From Bradyrhizobium sp. (GTDB taxonomy: Bacteria > Pseudomonadota > Alphaproteobacteria > Rhizobiales > Xanthobacteraceae), in contig DATHHQ010000325.1 of assembly GCA_035490095.1 (NCBI GenBank), forward strand, positions 1 to 62,759: a stretch of DNA of 62,759 nt, read 5' to 3'. Positions 37,937 to 47,736 of this stretch are shown one piece after another (position 1 is the stretch's first letter; each line of letters opens with the position of its first letter). Under the pieces are notes generated by a model. The model was not told where the DNA came from. It saw only the letters and a program-made list of their open reading frames with translations, and ran no database searches. The translations under genes were made by a program, and so were the position numbers.

Positions 37937-38914
37937 TCACAACCCGAACAGCCGCTGCGCCAAACCGCCATTGATGGCGGCGCGCTCGGCGTCCGAGAAT
38001 TTGGTCTCGGCTACAATCTTCAGCGGCGCGAGATCGCCGATCGGGAACGGCATATCCGAACCCATCATGATCCTCTCGGCGCCGACGATGTCGGCGAGGT
38101 AGCGCAGTGCGCGGGGATCCTGGACAATGGTGTCGTAATACATCGCGGCGAGTGCGGCGTCGGGATCGCCGAGCTTGTCCTTGTCGAGCGAATAATTCCG
38201 GCGCAGGCGGCCGATCACATAAGGCAGCGCCGCGCCGCCGATACCGGCGACGATCTTGGCGTTGGCATAGCGGGTGACATGACCGGCATAGATCAGCCGC
38301 GACATCGCGATCAGCGTATCGGTGATCCGCCCCACCGCATTCGCCATCCCGTAATCATGGACGCGGTCATCGCCGCTTTCGAACACCGGATGGATGAAAA
38401 CCACCGATCCGAGTTCGTTGGCGGCTTCCCAGAACGGCACCAGCGAGGGATCGTCGAGCACGCCGCCCTTGCCCTTGGGCTGGGTCCCAATCATCGTCCC
38501 CTTGAAACCGGCGGCGTGGGCTTCACGCAACACCTCGGCGGCACGCGCGCCGTCCTGCAAGGGAACGGTGGCCAGCGGCACAAACCGGGGCTCACGCATC
38601 GCGGTTTGCGCCAGGTGGGTGTTGATCAGCCGCGACCAGTTCACGCCCTCCTCCACGGGCACTTCATAGGCAAACATGTCGAGCCAGCCGCCAATCACCT
38701 GACGCTCGATCTGCTGTTCGTCCATCCATTTCAGGCGGGCGGGCAGATCGCTCAGCGGCTTTGAAACCGGCCGCGTCGGCTTGCCGCCGGCAAACGAGAA
38801 ACCGAGGCTTCCGCCGTCCTCGATCAGGCGGATCGAGGGAAAGTGAGAGGCCTGGGTGCGGATCGCGTCCAGCAGACTTGGCGGCACCAGATGGGCGTGG
38901 CAGTCGATGATCAT
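37937..38914 (-). CDS. Amidohydrolase-2 family protein (ACMSD-like decarboxylase/hydratase)
   Basis: IDCHAH, VFIHP, YYDT, MGSDMPF. Confidence 0.88.
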   Translation of the reverse strand: MIIDCHAHLVPPSLLDAIRTQASHFPSIRLIEDGGSLGFSFAGGKPTRPVSKPLSDLPARLKWMDEQQIERQVIGGWLDMFAYEVPVEEGVNWSRLINTHLAQTAMREPRFVPLATVPLQDGARAAEVLREAHAAGFKGTMIGTQPKGKGGVLDDPSLVPFWEAANELGSVVFIHPVFESGDDRVHDYGMANAVGRITDTLIAMSRLIYAGHVTRYANAKIVAGIGGAALPYVIGRLRRNYSLDKDKLGDPDAALAAMYYDTIVQDPRALRYLADIVGAERIMMGSDMPFPIGDLAPLKIVAETKFSDAERAAINGGLAQRLFGL

Positions 38915-41322
38915 TTGGCTTGCTCTTGAGGTTTGCCTTGTTGCGCATCCGCGATGGCATCGCCAATGGCGGAAATACGGATCGGAAGCTTGTTGAAGGA
39001 GATGCCCAGCGGCGCGACGCAATCGTTGATCGCGGCCGATATCGCAGCGGGGGCGCCGAGATAGCCGCTTTCGCCGGAGCCCTTCTGCCCGAACACGGTG
39101 TAGGGCGACGGCGTGCAGTGATGCACGATCTCGACCTCCGGCACCTCGTGGGAAGATGGCAGCAGATAGTCCATGAAACTCTGGGTGATCAGATGGCCTT
39201 CATCATCGTAGACGAACTCCTCCAGCAGCGCGGCGCCGAGGCCGTGCGCGACGCCACCCAGCGTCATGCCCTTGACGATATGCGGGTTGATGACCGTGCC
39301 GCAATCATGCCCGATGACGTAGCGCCTGATTTCCGGCTTGCCGAGCGCCGGATCGATTGCCATCAGCACCACATGAAACTCAAAGGAGTGGCACGGATAC
39401 ATCTGGACCCGGCCGTCTTTCGGCAAGCTGCCGCCGGTCGGCACCTGCATCACATGCGTGCTCTCAAGGCCCGGCTCCATGCCCTCGGGCAGCAGATGGT
39501 AATTGCGATGGGCGATATTGACGAGTTCGGCCCAGCCAAGCTGCTTGTCGCCGGTTGAGACCGCGACGCCGCCGCCCGCGTAGACAACCTTGTCCTCGCC
39601 GAGGCCAAACTGATGCGCGCCGATCCGCATCAGCTTCGCCTTCAGCTTTTGCGCGGCATGAAACGCCGCGCCGCCGAGCATGATCGCCATCCGGCTGCCG
39701 ACCGGCGAATTGGAGGGCAGGCACGCCAGCGAATCCGGACGGATCACGCGGATCAGATCCGGCTCGATCTGCAGCACTTCGCCGATCACGGTGGCAACCA
39801 GGGTTTCGTGCCCCTGCCCCGACGAGGTGTTGTGGATGGTGACGGTGACGAAGCCGAGCCCGTCGATGACAATGCGGCAGGAATCCATCCAGGTGGTGGT
39901 GGTGTTCTTTTCGTTGAGCAGCGGCTCGAATGCGGAATTGGCGCCGCTCGGCTCGAGACACGCCGCAAGGCCGATACCGGCCAGCAAACCAGAGGCGCGC
40001 AGCCGATCGCGCTCCTGTTCCATCGCGGCAAAATCGATATGCGCGAACACCTTGTCGACGACGGTGTGATAGTCGCCGCTGTCATAGGTGCTGCCGCTTG
40101 GGATCAGATAGGGGAACTCTTCCTTAGCGATGAAGTTGCGGCGGCGGACGTCGATGCGCGCGAGGCCTGTGGCCGCGGCGACCTTGTCGATCGCGGTTTC
40201 GATCGCATAATTGGTCGGCGCCTGGCCGAAGCCGCGCACCGCCTCCTGCACGGCCTTGTTCGATGTGACCGATTGCGCGCGATACTGCACGCTTTCGATC
40301 TTGTAGGGGCCGACGATGGCGCCGATCGGCTTGCCCAGTTGAAACGGCGCCCGGCCGGCATAGGCGCCGGCATTATCCAGCGCGCGGATCTTCATCGACT
40401 TGACGATGCCGTCGTCGTTGAAGGCGACATCGACGTCGAAAATGCGTTCCGGGCCGTGGGCGTCGCCGCCGCGCATGTTCTCCAGCCGGTCTTCGATCAA
40501 GCGCACCGGCCGGCCGAGCCGCCGCGCCAGATGCGCCACCAGCACGGTCTGCTTGATGCCGCGCTTGACGCCGTAGCTGCCGCCGACATCGACATCCTGG
40601 TGCACGCGCACGCCATTGGCGGGAATCCGCAAGGCCCGCGCGATCTGATCGGGATATTTCGGCATCTGGATCGACGCCCACACATCCAGCATCTCGCGCC
40701 ACGGGTCCCACGATGCGGCGACGCCAAAGGTCTCGATCGGAACGGTGGAATTGCGTCCCCAGGTCACACGAAACGACAGATGGCGTGGACTCTCGGCGAA
40801 ATGCTTGTCGACCTCGCCCCAGACGAAGGTCCGGTCGAGCAGCACGTTGGAGCCGTGCGCCGGATGGACCGGTGGGCTATCCGGCCGCAATGCTTCTTCC
40901 GCATTCATCACGAAAGGCAATGGTTCATAGCTGACGCGGACCTTTTCGGTGGCGTCTTCGGCCAGCGCGCGGCTATCGGCAACCACCGCAACCACCCATT
41001 CGCCGGCATAGCGGGTCTGCCCGACCGCGAGCGGGTGGCGCTGAACCTTTGGCGTATCAAGGCCATTCATCAGCGGATCGGTCGCCGCGGCAAGTTCATC
41101 GCCCGACAGCACATAATGGACGCCCGGCATCGCCAGCGCCGCCGACGCATCGATCGAAACGATGCGCGCGGCCGGATGCTGCGACGGCAGGATCGCCACA
41201 TGCAGCATGCCTTCGAGCGCGACGTCGGCCACGAAATGGCCATGGCCCGCCACGAAACGGCGATCCTCGCGAACGCGGCGATTGGTCGAAACAAAGCGGA
41301 AGGCTGCGGGATCCGCGCTCAT
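38911..41322 (-). CDS. Xanthine dehydrogenase-family molybdopterin-binding large subunit
   Basis: VGGSYGVK, AVRGFG, GQGHET, DCGTVINP, KGSGESG. Confidence 0.93.
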   Translation of the reverse strand: MSADPAAFRFVSTNRRVREDRRFVAGHGHFVADVALEGMLHVAILPSQHPAARIVSIDASAALAMPGVHYVLSGDELAAATDPLMNGLDTPKVQRHPLAVGQTRYAGEWVVAVVADSRALAEDATEKVRVSYEPLPFVMNAEEALRPDSPPVHPAHGSNVLLDRTFVWGEVDKHFAESPRHLSFRVTWGRNSTVPIETFGVAASWDPWREMLDVWASIQMPKYPDQIARALRIPANGVRVHQDVDVGGSYGVKRGIKQTVLVAHLARRLGRPVRLIEDRLENMRGGDAHGPERIFDVDVAFNDDGIVKSMKIRALDNAGAYAGRAPFQLGKPIGAIVGPYKIESVQYRAQSVTSNKAVQEAVRGFGQAPTNYAIETAIDKVAAATGLARIDVRRRNFIAKEEFPYLIPSGSTYDSGDYHTVVDKVFAHIDFAAMEQERDRLRASGLLAGIGLAACLEPSGANSAFEPLLNEKNTTTTWMDSCRIVIDGLGFVTVTIHNTSSGQGHETLVATVIGEVLQIEPDLIRVIRPDSLACLPSNSPVGSRMAIMLGGAAFHAAQKLKAKLMRIGAHQFGLGEDKVVYAGGGVAVSTGDKQLGWAELVNIAHRNYHLLPEGMEPGLESTHVMQVPTGGSLPKDGRVQMYPCHSFEFHVVLMAIDPALGKPEIRRYVIGHDCGTVINPHIVKGMTLGGVAHGLGAALLEEFVYDDEGHLITQSFMDYLLPSSHEVPEVEIVHHCTPSPYTVFGQKGSGESGYLGAPAAISAAINDCVAPLGISFNKLPIRISAIGDAIADAQQGKPQEQAK

Positions 41323-41858
41323 TTCGCCTCCACAACGGGCTTGCCCTCGGCATGCGCATGCGGCCCATCATGGTGTGGCTGCGGCGTATTGGCGATCCGC
41401 AATCGATCGGCCGCGAACTGCACCGCCTCAATGATCTGCCCGTAACCGGTGCAGCGGCAGATATTGCCCGAGATCGCTTCGACAATATCCTCGCGCGTCG
41501 GCGTTACCGTGTGCTGCAACAGCGCATGCGCTGACAGAATCATGCCGGGCGTGCAATATCCGCATTGCAGGCCGTGGGTTTCGCAGAACGCGTCCTGGAT
41601 GACACTGAGTTCGCCCGGTGCCGGCGCGAGGCCCTCGATGGTCGTGATCTCGTAGCCGTCCGCCTGTACCGCGAACATCAGGCAGGATCGAACCGGCTCG
41701 CCATCGACCAGCACGGTGCAGGCGCCGCACACACCGTGCTCGCAACCGGCATGCGTGCCGTTCAGCAAGAAATTCTCGCGCAGCGCGTCGAGCAGCGTCT
41801 TGCGCGGCTCGATATCGGCGGAACGGTTGGCGCCGTTGATGCGCAAATCGACCTTCAT
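41319..41858 (-). CDS. 2Fe-2S small subunit (CoxS-like)
   Basis: GCEHGVCGACTV, QCGYCTPG, NICRCTGY. Confidence 0.94.
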   Translation of the reverse strand: MKVDLRINGANRSADIEPRKTLLDALRENFLLNGTHAGCEHGVCGACTVLVDGEPVRSCLMFAVQADGYEITTIEGLAPAPGELSVIQDAFCETHGLQCGYCTPGMILSAHALLQHTVTPTREDIVEAISGNICRCTGYGQIIEAVQFAADRLRIANTPQPHHDGPHAHAEGKPVVEAK

Positions 41859-42739
41859 CGCGCGCCTTCCCTGGATTTGACCGACGCATCGACGCGCGCT
41901 TGTTCGAGGGCGCGAATGCAAAGCACGCTGGCGACGCGGCGGCGGTAGGCGGCGCTGGCATGCAGATCGCTGGTGGCATCGAGTTCGCCTGCAGCGGCGC
42001 TGACCGCTTCAGCGACCGACGTTGCATCGAGCTCCATGCCGACGAGCGAGGACACATCCAGCCGCAATGGCCGATCGCCGACGCCGCCGACCCCAAGCGC
42101 GACCTCGATGCAGCGGCCCTCGTCGTCGAGCGCGACCTGGGCCGCGGCCGCAACGAAGGCGAAATCCGAGCGCCGCGCGCTGATTTCGAAGAAGCCGACG
42201 CCGATGCGCCGGTGCGGCCAGACCGGGAAGCGGATCGCGCTGACGCACTCGCCTTGACCGATTGTGGTCAGCATCGGTCCGATGAAAAAATCATCCGCCG
42301 GCATCGATGTCGGGCCGTCCGTGGTCGCGAGCATGATGTCGGCGCCGAGCGTCACCGCGACAAGCGGGATTTCGGCCGACGGATCGGCGTTCGCGATCGA
42401 GCCCCCGACGGTGCCGCGGTTGCGGGTCGGCGGATGTCCGACCCACGGCAGCACCCGCGCCAGCATCGGCACCGATGCCCTGATGACAGGATCGCGTTCG
42501 GCCTGCGCCTGGCGCGTCGTCGCGCCGACAATCACAGCGCCGGCTTCTTCGCGGATCCCGGCGAGCTCCGGTAATCGCAAGATATCGATCAGCTTCGCCG
42601 GACGTGCGAGCCGCATCGCCAGCATCGGCACCAGCGTTTGTCCGCCTGCGATCAGGCGTGCATCCTCGTCGCCGGCCAACAGGCGGCACGCTTCGCCGAG
42701 CGAATCCGGCCTGACATAATCGAAGGGTGCGGGTTTCAT
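41855..42739 (-). CDS. FAD-binding medium subunit (CoxM-like)
   Basis: MKPAPFDY, AGGQTL, RNRGTVGGSIANADP. Confidence 0.94.
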   Translation of the reverse strand: MKPAPFDYVRPDSLGEACRLLAGDEDARLIAGGQTLVPMLAMRLARPAKLIDILRLPELAGIREEAGAVIVGATTRQAQAERDPVIRASVPMLARVLPWVGHPPTRNRGTVGGSIANADPSAEIPLVAVTLGADIMLATTDGPTSMPADDFFIGPMLTTIGQGECVSAIRFPVWPHRRIGVGFFEISARRSDFAFVAAAAQVALDDEGRCIEVALGVGGVGDRPLRLDVSSLVGMELDATSVAEAVSAAAGELDATSDLHASAAYRRRVASVLCIRALEQARVDASVKSREGAR

Positions 42740-42747
42740 ATCTGCCG

Positions 42748-43077
42748 CTAGCCCAGCGGCAGACCGGCAATCGCCGGCGACAGCACCGAGACAATCTGAT
42801 TTCTCAAGAGCGGCCCGTCGGTTTCACTTGCCGCCTTCACCGCCGCCCACTCCGGATCGGTCGCGAATGAAGCCCAGGCTTTCTTGCGCGCGTCCTCGTC
42901 GGCAAAGCGCGTCATATAAGTCAGGCGCCCGTCGTCAACCGATGCCGTGAATGCGCCGAGCAGTTCGATGCCGTGACGGGGAAAAAATCGGATCGCAACG
43001 TTATCGTAGAACCGGCGGCGCATCGCGTCCGCCCGGCCTTCTGCGGCTTCATAGACCCGGATTTCGTAAATCAACAC
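42748..43077 (-). CDS. NIPSNAP-family protein
   Basis: IYEIRVY, RKKAWASFATDPEW. Confidence 0.85.
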   Translation of the reverse strand: MLIYEIRVYEAAEGRADAMRRRFYDNVAIRFFPRHGIELLGAFTASVDDGRLTYMTRFADEDARKKAWASFATDPEWAAVKAASETDGPLLRNQIVSVLSPAIAGLPLG

Positions 43078-43185
43078 GCGCTCCCATCTTTACCGACAGC
43101 TTGTAAGGACCCACCGCCTTGCTCGGAACGATAGAAGGCCGGGCCGGAAATTGTCAAACACAAACTGAGGCAATTAGCGGAATTC

Positions 43186-43213
43186 TGTACGATTGAGTTG
43201 GTTCAATCGAACA
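43186..43213. promoter_or_regulatory. Inverted repeat in the divergent promoter region, candidate MocR operator
   Basis: TGTACGATTGA-N6-TCAATCGAACA; arms match at 10 of 11 positions. Confidence 0.5.
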
Positions 43214-43403
43214 AATGAATAATCACTACCGGCTTGGAAATATCATTGCGAACAGTCTGTTGTGGGCCTCTCACTTTCGATCCACAGGATGATACCTCGA
43301 CGCGAGGGTCATATCTGTATCAAATCTTGCAACAATCCAATAATTGTACTACTCAGCAAAATGCCGATCAGCGACTGCTCAAACAGGCCTCGCGGGTAGA
43401 GAA

Positions 43404-44774
43404 ATGACTGACTGGATACCCGCTCTCGCTTCGATCGAGGGGCCACGCTATCTCGCCTTCGTTCTCGCGCTGGAGGCCGATATCGCGTCGGGCCGCGTCA
43501 AGCCCGGCATGCGATTATTGCCTCAGCGCGATATGGCGCAGCGGCTGGAACTCAGCGTCGGAACGATTTCAAAAGCCTACGCCGAGGCCGAGCAGCGCGG
43601 CCTGATCTCGGGCGAAGTCGGGCGCGGCACGTTCGTGCAACGGCGGCGGCCGGAGCCGCGCGGCCTCGGCTCGTCGGAGGCAACGATCAATCTGGCGCTG
43701 AATGTCCCGCCCTATACCGGCGAGGACGACGTCATTTCATCTGTTCTGGCGGAGATCGTCGCCGACGGCGAGATGTCGAACCTGCTCGGATATTTGCCGC
43801 ATCAGGGCCTGCCCCGGCATCGCGAGGCGATGGCGACGTGGCTCGCCTCGCTCGGCGTCACCGCGGACGCCGACCATCTTTTCATCACCCACGGCGGACA
43901 GCACGCCCTGTCGATCGCGCTCGGCATGGTCGCAGCGTCAGACGATACCGTCCTCACCGAAAGCTACACATATTCGGGCATGCTGGCGCTGTCGGCGCAA
44001 TGCGGCTATCGCCTTCACGGGGTTGCTACCGATGCATCCGGGCTGATCCCGGAAAGTCTCGATCGCGCGTTTACCGAAACCCAGGCGCGCGTTCTCTATT
44101 GCATGCCGACGCTGCAAACGCCGACGGGAACGGTGATGCCGCCGCAGCGGCGGCAAGCCATCGCCGAGATCGTTCGCAAGCATGACGCCTTTCTGCTGGA
44201 AGATGACGCCTACGGATATTTGTTGTCGCCGTCGCTGCCGCCGGTCTCCCAGCTCATCCCCGAGCGCAGCTTCTACATCGTGAGTTTCGCGAAATGCCTG
44301 GCGCCGGGCCTTCGCATTGCCGCGATGATCGCGCCGGAGGCGTTTCGCGATCGTTCGATCAACGCGTTGCGCGCCACCGGGTGGATGGCGGTCCCGGTCA
44401 TGGCCGAAGTGGTGGCGAGGTTGATCTACAATGGCGGCCTTGCCCGGCAAGCCAGGCTCAAGCGCGACAAGGCCGCGCTGCGCGACGCGATCGTGCGGCG
44501 CATCCTGAAAGCCTGGCTGCCGGCCGCGTCCGCAGCACCAGGTTTTCACATCTGGCTGCCGCTGCCGGCTGGCCGCACGCTGACAGCCCTGATCGCCCAG
44601 GCAGCCCAGGCGGGCATCACGCTCGCGCCTCCCGGCGCATTGCGGCGAATGGAAAGCGAAAGCCTCGGCGTCCGGCTTTGTCTGGGCGCGCCCGCAACCG
44701 AGGCGGACCTCGAGCGCGCCCTGATCGAAATCCGGCGAATCCTTGAGATGGCCGAGGCGATCTCGTTCGTCTGA
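43404..44774 (+). CDS. GntR/MocR-family regulator with PLP aminotransferase domain (EhuR/EnuR-like)
   Basis: wHTH GMRLLPQR...GEVGRGTFV; EDDAYG; SFAK PLP lysine. Confidence 0.92.
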   Translation: MTDWIPALASIEGPRYLAFVLALEADIASGRVKPGMRLLPQRDMAQRLELSVGTISKAYAEAEQRGLISGEVGRGTFVQRRRPEPRGLGSSEATINLALNVPPYTGEDDVISSVLAEIVADGEMSNLLGYLPHQGLPRHREAMATWLASLGVTADADHLFITHGGQHALSIALGMVAASDDTVLTESYTYSGMLALSAQCGYRLHGVATDASGLIPESLDRAFTETQARVLYCMPTLQTPTGTVMPPQRRQAIAEIVRKHDAFLLEDDAYGYLLSPSLPPVSQLIPERSFYIVSFAKCLAPGLRIAAMIAPEAFRDRSINALRATGWMAVPVMAEVVARLIYNGGLARQARLKRDKAALRDAIVRRILKAWLPAASAAPGFHIWLPLPAGRTLTALIAQAAQAGITLAPPGALRRMESESLGVRLCLGAPATEADLERALIEIRRILEMAEAISFV

Positions 44775-44806
44775 AGCAAACCTCACAAAACAGTTCGGAG
44801 AAAACC

Positions 44807-45781
44807 ATGTGGAAGACCGTCACCGCGCTTGTTGCCGTTGCCTCGTTGGCTGTGGCGACCGGCGTCAAGGCCGAGGAATGGCCGACCCGCCCCGTTACCA
44901 TGATCAATCCGTTCGCCGCCGGCGGACCGAACGACGTGCTGGCGCGGTTGTTCGCGCAACGCATGGGTGAGATTCTGGGACAGCCGATCGTGCTCGAAAA
45001 CATCGGCGGCGCCGGCGGAATGAACGGCGCCGACCGCGTCGCGAAAGCCGCACCCGACGGTTATACATTCCTGCTGGGAACGGTTGGAACGCAGGCGCAG
45101 AACCAGACGCTGTTCAAGAAGCCCGCCTACAATTCAACCACCGATTTCAAGCCGGTGGCGCTGATGGTCGAAGCGCCGCTGGTGCTGGTTGCGCGCAAAG
45201 ATCTCCCCGTCAAGGACATGAAGGAATTCGTCGCCTACGCCAGGGCCAACAAGGACAAGATGCAATTCGCTTCCGCCGGCACCGGCTCGGCGATCCATCT
45301 CGGCTGCGCACTGATGAACATGGTGACCGGGCTCGACATCGTCCACGTTCCCTACCGCGGCGCCAACCCTGCGATGCAGGATCTGATGAGCGGTCGCGTC
45401 GACTACCTCTGCGATATCGTCACCACCGCAAAGCCGCAGATCGACGGAGGTGCGGTGAAAGCGATCGCCATCCTGACCAAAGAGCGATCGCCGGTACTGC
45501 CCAATGTTCCCACTGCCATCGAGCAGGGTTTTGAGGTGGAAGCCTACACCTGGAACGCGTTCTTCCTGCCGAAGGCCACGCCGGACGCGATCGTTCAAAA
45601 GCTCAATCATGCCACCGTCGAGGCCATGAAAACGCCGGCGGTGCGGGAGAAGCTTGAAAGCGCCGGCCTCAAATTTGTTTCCGACGATCGCACCACGCCG
45701 GAGTATCTGGCGAAATTCGTGCAAAGCGAAATCGCCAAATGGGCGGTGCCGATCAAGGCCAGCGGTGTCAGCGTGGATTGA
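44807..45781 (+). CDS. Tripartite tricarboxylate transporter substrate-binding protein (Bug/TctC)
   Basis: WPTRPVTMINPFAAGGPND, HVPYRG. Confidence 0.92.
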   Translation: MWKTVTALVAVASLAVATGVKAEEWPTRPVTMINPFAAGGPNDVLARLFAQRMGEILGQPIVLENIGGAGGMNGADRVAKAAPDGYTFLLGTVGTQAQNQTLFKKPAYNSTTDFKPVALMVEAPLVLVARKDLPVKDMKEFVAYARANKDKMQFASAGTGSAIHLGCALMNMVTGLDIVHVPYRGANPAMQDLMSGRVDYLCDIVTTAKPQIDGGAVKAIAILTKERSPVLPNVPTAIEQGFEVEAYTWNAFFLPKATPDAIVQKLNHATVEAMKTPAVREKLESAGLKFVSDDRTTPEYLAKFVQSEIAKWAVPIKASGVSVD

Positions 45782-45820
45782 CGCGCAACGTTGCGCCAAC
45801 GGCAGCGGCCGGCTTTACAG

Positions 45821-47143
45821 CTATTTCAGCATTTCGGGAACGATCAGGCGCGGCAGGAACAAAGAAACGCTCGGCCAGATGATTAAAGCCGCCAGCACGA
45901 CGAGCATCGGCACCAGCATGATCATGGTATCCTTGAGCGCGTAGCGCAGCCGCACACCGGCGATCGAACACGCGATCATGAGACACAGTCCATATGGCGG
46001 CGTCACCAGCCCGAATGCCAGCGAGACGATCGAGATGATCGCGAATTGCACGGGATGCAGATCGACCGACCTGGCCAGCGGCTCAAGCACGGTCCCGACG
46101 ATCACGATGGCCGGAATGGCGTCGAGGAAGCAGCCGACGACCAGAAAACAGAACGCGATGAAGAAGCCCGCCGCAATCGGCCCCATGCCCCAGGTCGAGA
46201 CGTTGGCCAGCAGCGCCTCGGGAATCTTGTAGTAGGCCAGCAACCAGCCGAAGGCGCTTGCCGTGCCGACACAGAACAGTGCGACCCCGGCCAGGCGCCC
46301 GGTATCGAGCAAGGCCTTGTAGAGTTCTTTCGCGCCCGTTTCGCGATAAAAGAACGTCGACAGCGCCACGGAATACAGCACCGCGACGCAAGCCGACTCC
46401 GTCGCCGTAAACCAGCCGAGCAGGATACCGCCGACGATAATGAACGGCGTCATCAGCGCCGGGATCGAGCGCCAGATCGCGCAGCGCATCTCCACCCAGT
46501 TCGATTTTGGATAGGTCGGATAACCGCGGCGGACCGCATAGACATGCACCGTCAGCATCTGCGCGCCCGCGATCAGCAATCCCGGCACAATGCCCGCCAG
46601 ATACATGGCCGCGATCGATGTCGAGATCAGCCCGCCCCACACGATCATCAGGATCGACGGCGGGATAATGACCGCAAGCACCGCGGACACCGCCGTAATG
46701 GCGATGGAGAACGAAAGGTCGTAACCCTCCTTGGTCTGGGCATCGATGAAGATTTTCGACTGGCTCGCCGCGTCCGCGGTCGAGGAACCGGAGATGCCGG
46801 CGAAGAACACCGACAGCACGACATTGATCTGCGCCAGTGAGCCGGGCCAATGCCCGACCATCGAGCGCGAAAGCGCGACCAGTCGATCGGTGATGCCGCC
46901 GATGCTCATCAGGTTCGCCGTCAGCAGAAAGAACGGCACCGACAGCAGGATGAAGGAATTGTAGGCGTTGAAGGTTTCCTGAGCGAGCATCATCATCGAC
47001 AGGCGCGGCTCGATCAGCAGGATCGGCAGGCATGCAAGGCCGAGCGCGAAAGCGACCGGCACGCGCACGATCAGCAGTCCGATGAAAACACCAAACAACA
47101 CGAGCGCGGCCTGTCCGGCGGAAAGAACATTACCACCGCTCAT
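45821..47143 (-). CDS. dctM: TRAP transporter large permease
   Basis: VPFFLL, FAGISGSSTAD, IIPPSI, TPPYG. Confidence 0.93.
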   Translation of the reverse strand: MSGGNVLSAGQAALVLFGVFIGLLIVRVPVAFALGLACLPILLIEPRLSMMMLAQETFNAYNSFILLSVPFFLLTANLMSIGGITDRLVALSRSMVGHWPGSLAQINVVLSVFFAGISGSSTADAASQSKIFIDAQTKEGYDLSFSIAITAVSAVLAVIIPPSILMIVWGGLISTSIAAMYLAGIVPGLLIAGAQMLTVHVYAVRRGYPTYPKSNWVEMRCAIWRSIPALMTPFIIVGGILLGWFTATESACVAVLYSVALSTFFYRETGAKELYKALLDTGRLAGVALFCVGTASAFGWLLAYYKIPEALLANVSTWGMGPIAAGFFIAFCFLVVGCFLDAIPAIVIVGTVLEPLARSVDLHPVQFAIISIVSLAFGLVTPPYGLCLMIACSIAGVRLRYALKDTMIMLVPMLVVLAALIIWPSVSLFLPRLIVPEMLK

Positions 47144-47655
47144 CGCTTGATCCCGAACAGGATCCGCGCCTCATCGACAATCTGTTCGCCTGCGAACACG
47201 ATCCAGGTAAAGGCTGCCACCGGCCATGCGACGTGAATGAGCCAGAGCGGCAAGTCGGCCAGCTCCGAGGTTCGATTCCAGGCAAACCGCGTGAACTCGA
47301 TGCCCGCCGACAAGAACACCAGCGCCATCGCCAATATACCAAGGCGCGCCACGATCCGCACCGCGGCTTCGCTCCGCCGCGACAGGTCCGGCCACACATC
47401 GACCTCAAAATGCTGCGCCTCCCTGACGCCGACCATCGCCCCGATCATGATGGTCCATACAAACAGGAACCGCGCCATCTCCTCGGTCCAGATGTAAGAC
47501 GGGATGAAGGGGGTGTAGCGCGAGATCACCTGCAGCGTGACCGGAATGACCAGGATGCCGACGCAGGCCGCCAGCATGATTTCCAGCAGCTTGGCATAGC
47601 CTGCCGTCACTCGCCGCCACAGCGACGGGTTGGATGGAAGCGGTATTTCGGTCAT
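47140..47655 (-). CDS. dctQ: TRAP transporter small permease
   Basis: QVISRY, WTEEMAR, HFEVD. Confidence 0.92.
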   Translation of the reverse strand: MTEIPLPSNPSLWRRVTAGYAKLLEIMLAACVGILVIPVTLQVISRYTPFIPSYIWTEEMARFLFVWTIMIGAMVGVREAQHFEVDVWPDLSRRSEAAVRIVARLGILAMALVFLSAGIEFTRFAWNRTSELADLPLWLIHVAWPVAAFTWIVFAGEQIVDEARILFGIKR

Positions 47656-47685
47656 TGGCCCCCCGGCGTCATAGTAGTCATCAAA

Positions 47686-47711
47686 CGGGGCAAGCGGTCA
47701 GGCTTGCCCCG
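47686..47711 (-). terminator. Hairpin between dctP and dctQ
   Basis: CGGGGCAAGC-N6-GCTTGCCCCG perfect 10-bp stem followed by TTT on the minus strand. Confidence 0.55.
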
Positions 47712-47736
47712 GGATCTCGTTCAGCGGTCTGCTGGT

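Noticed and set aside
39613-41445. 610-aa plus-strand ORF and similar long antisense ORFs elsewhere
   Set aside because: Typical high-GC antisense shadows of well-supported genes.
38911-42739. Aerobic CO dehydrogenase (coxMSL)
   Set aside because: The large subunit lacks AYxCSFR/AYRGAGR, and there are no coxDEF genes.
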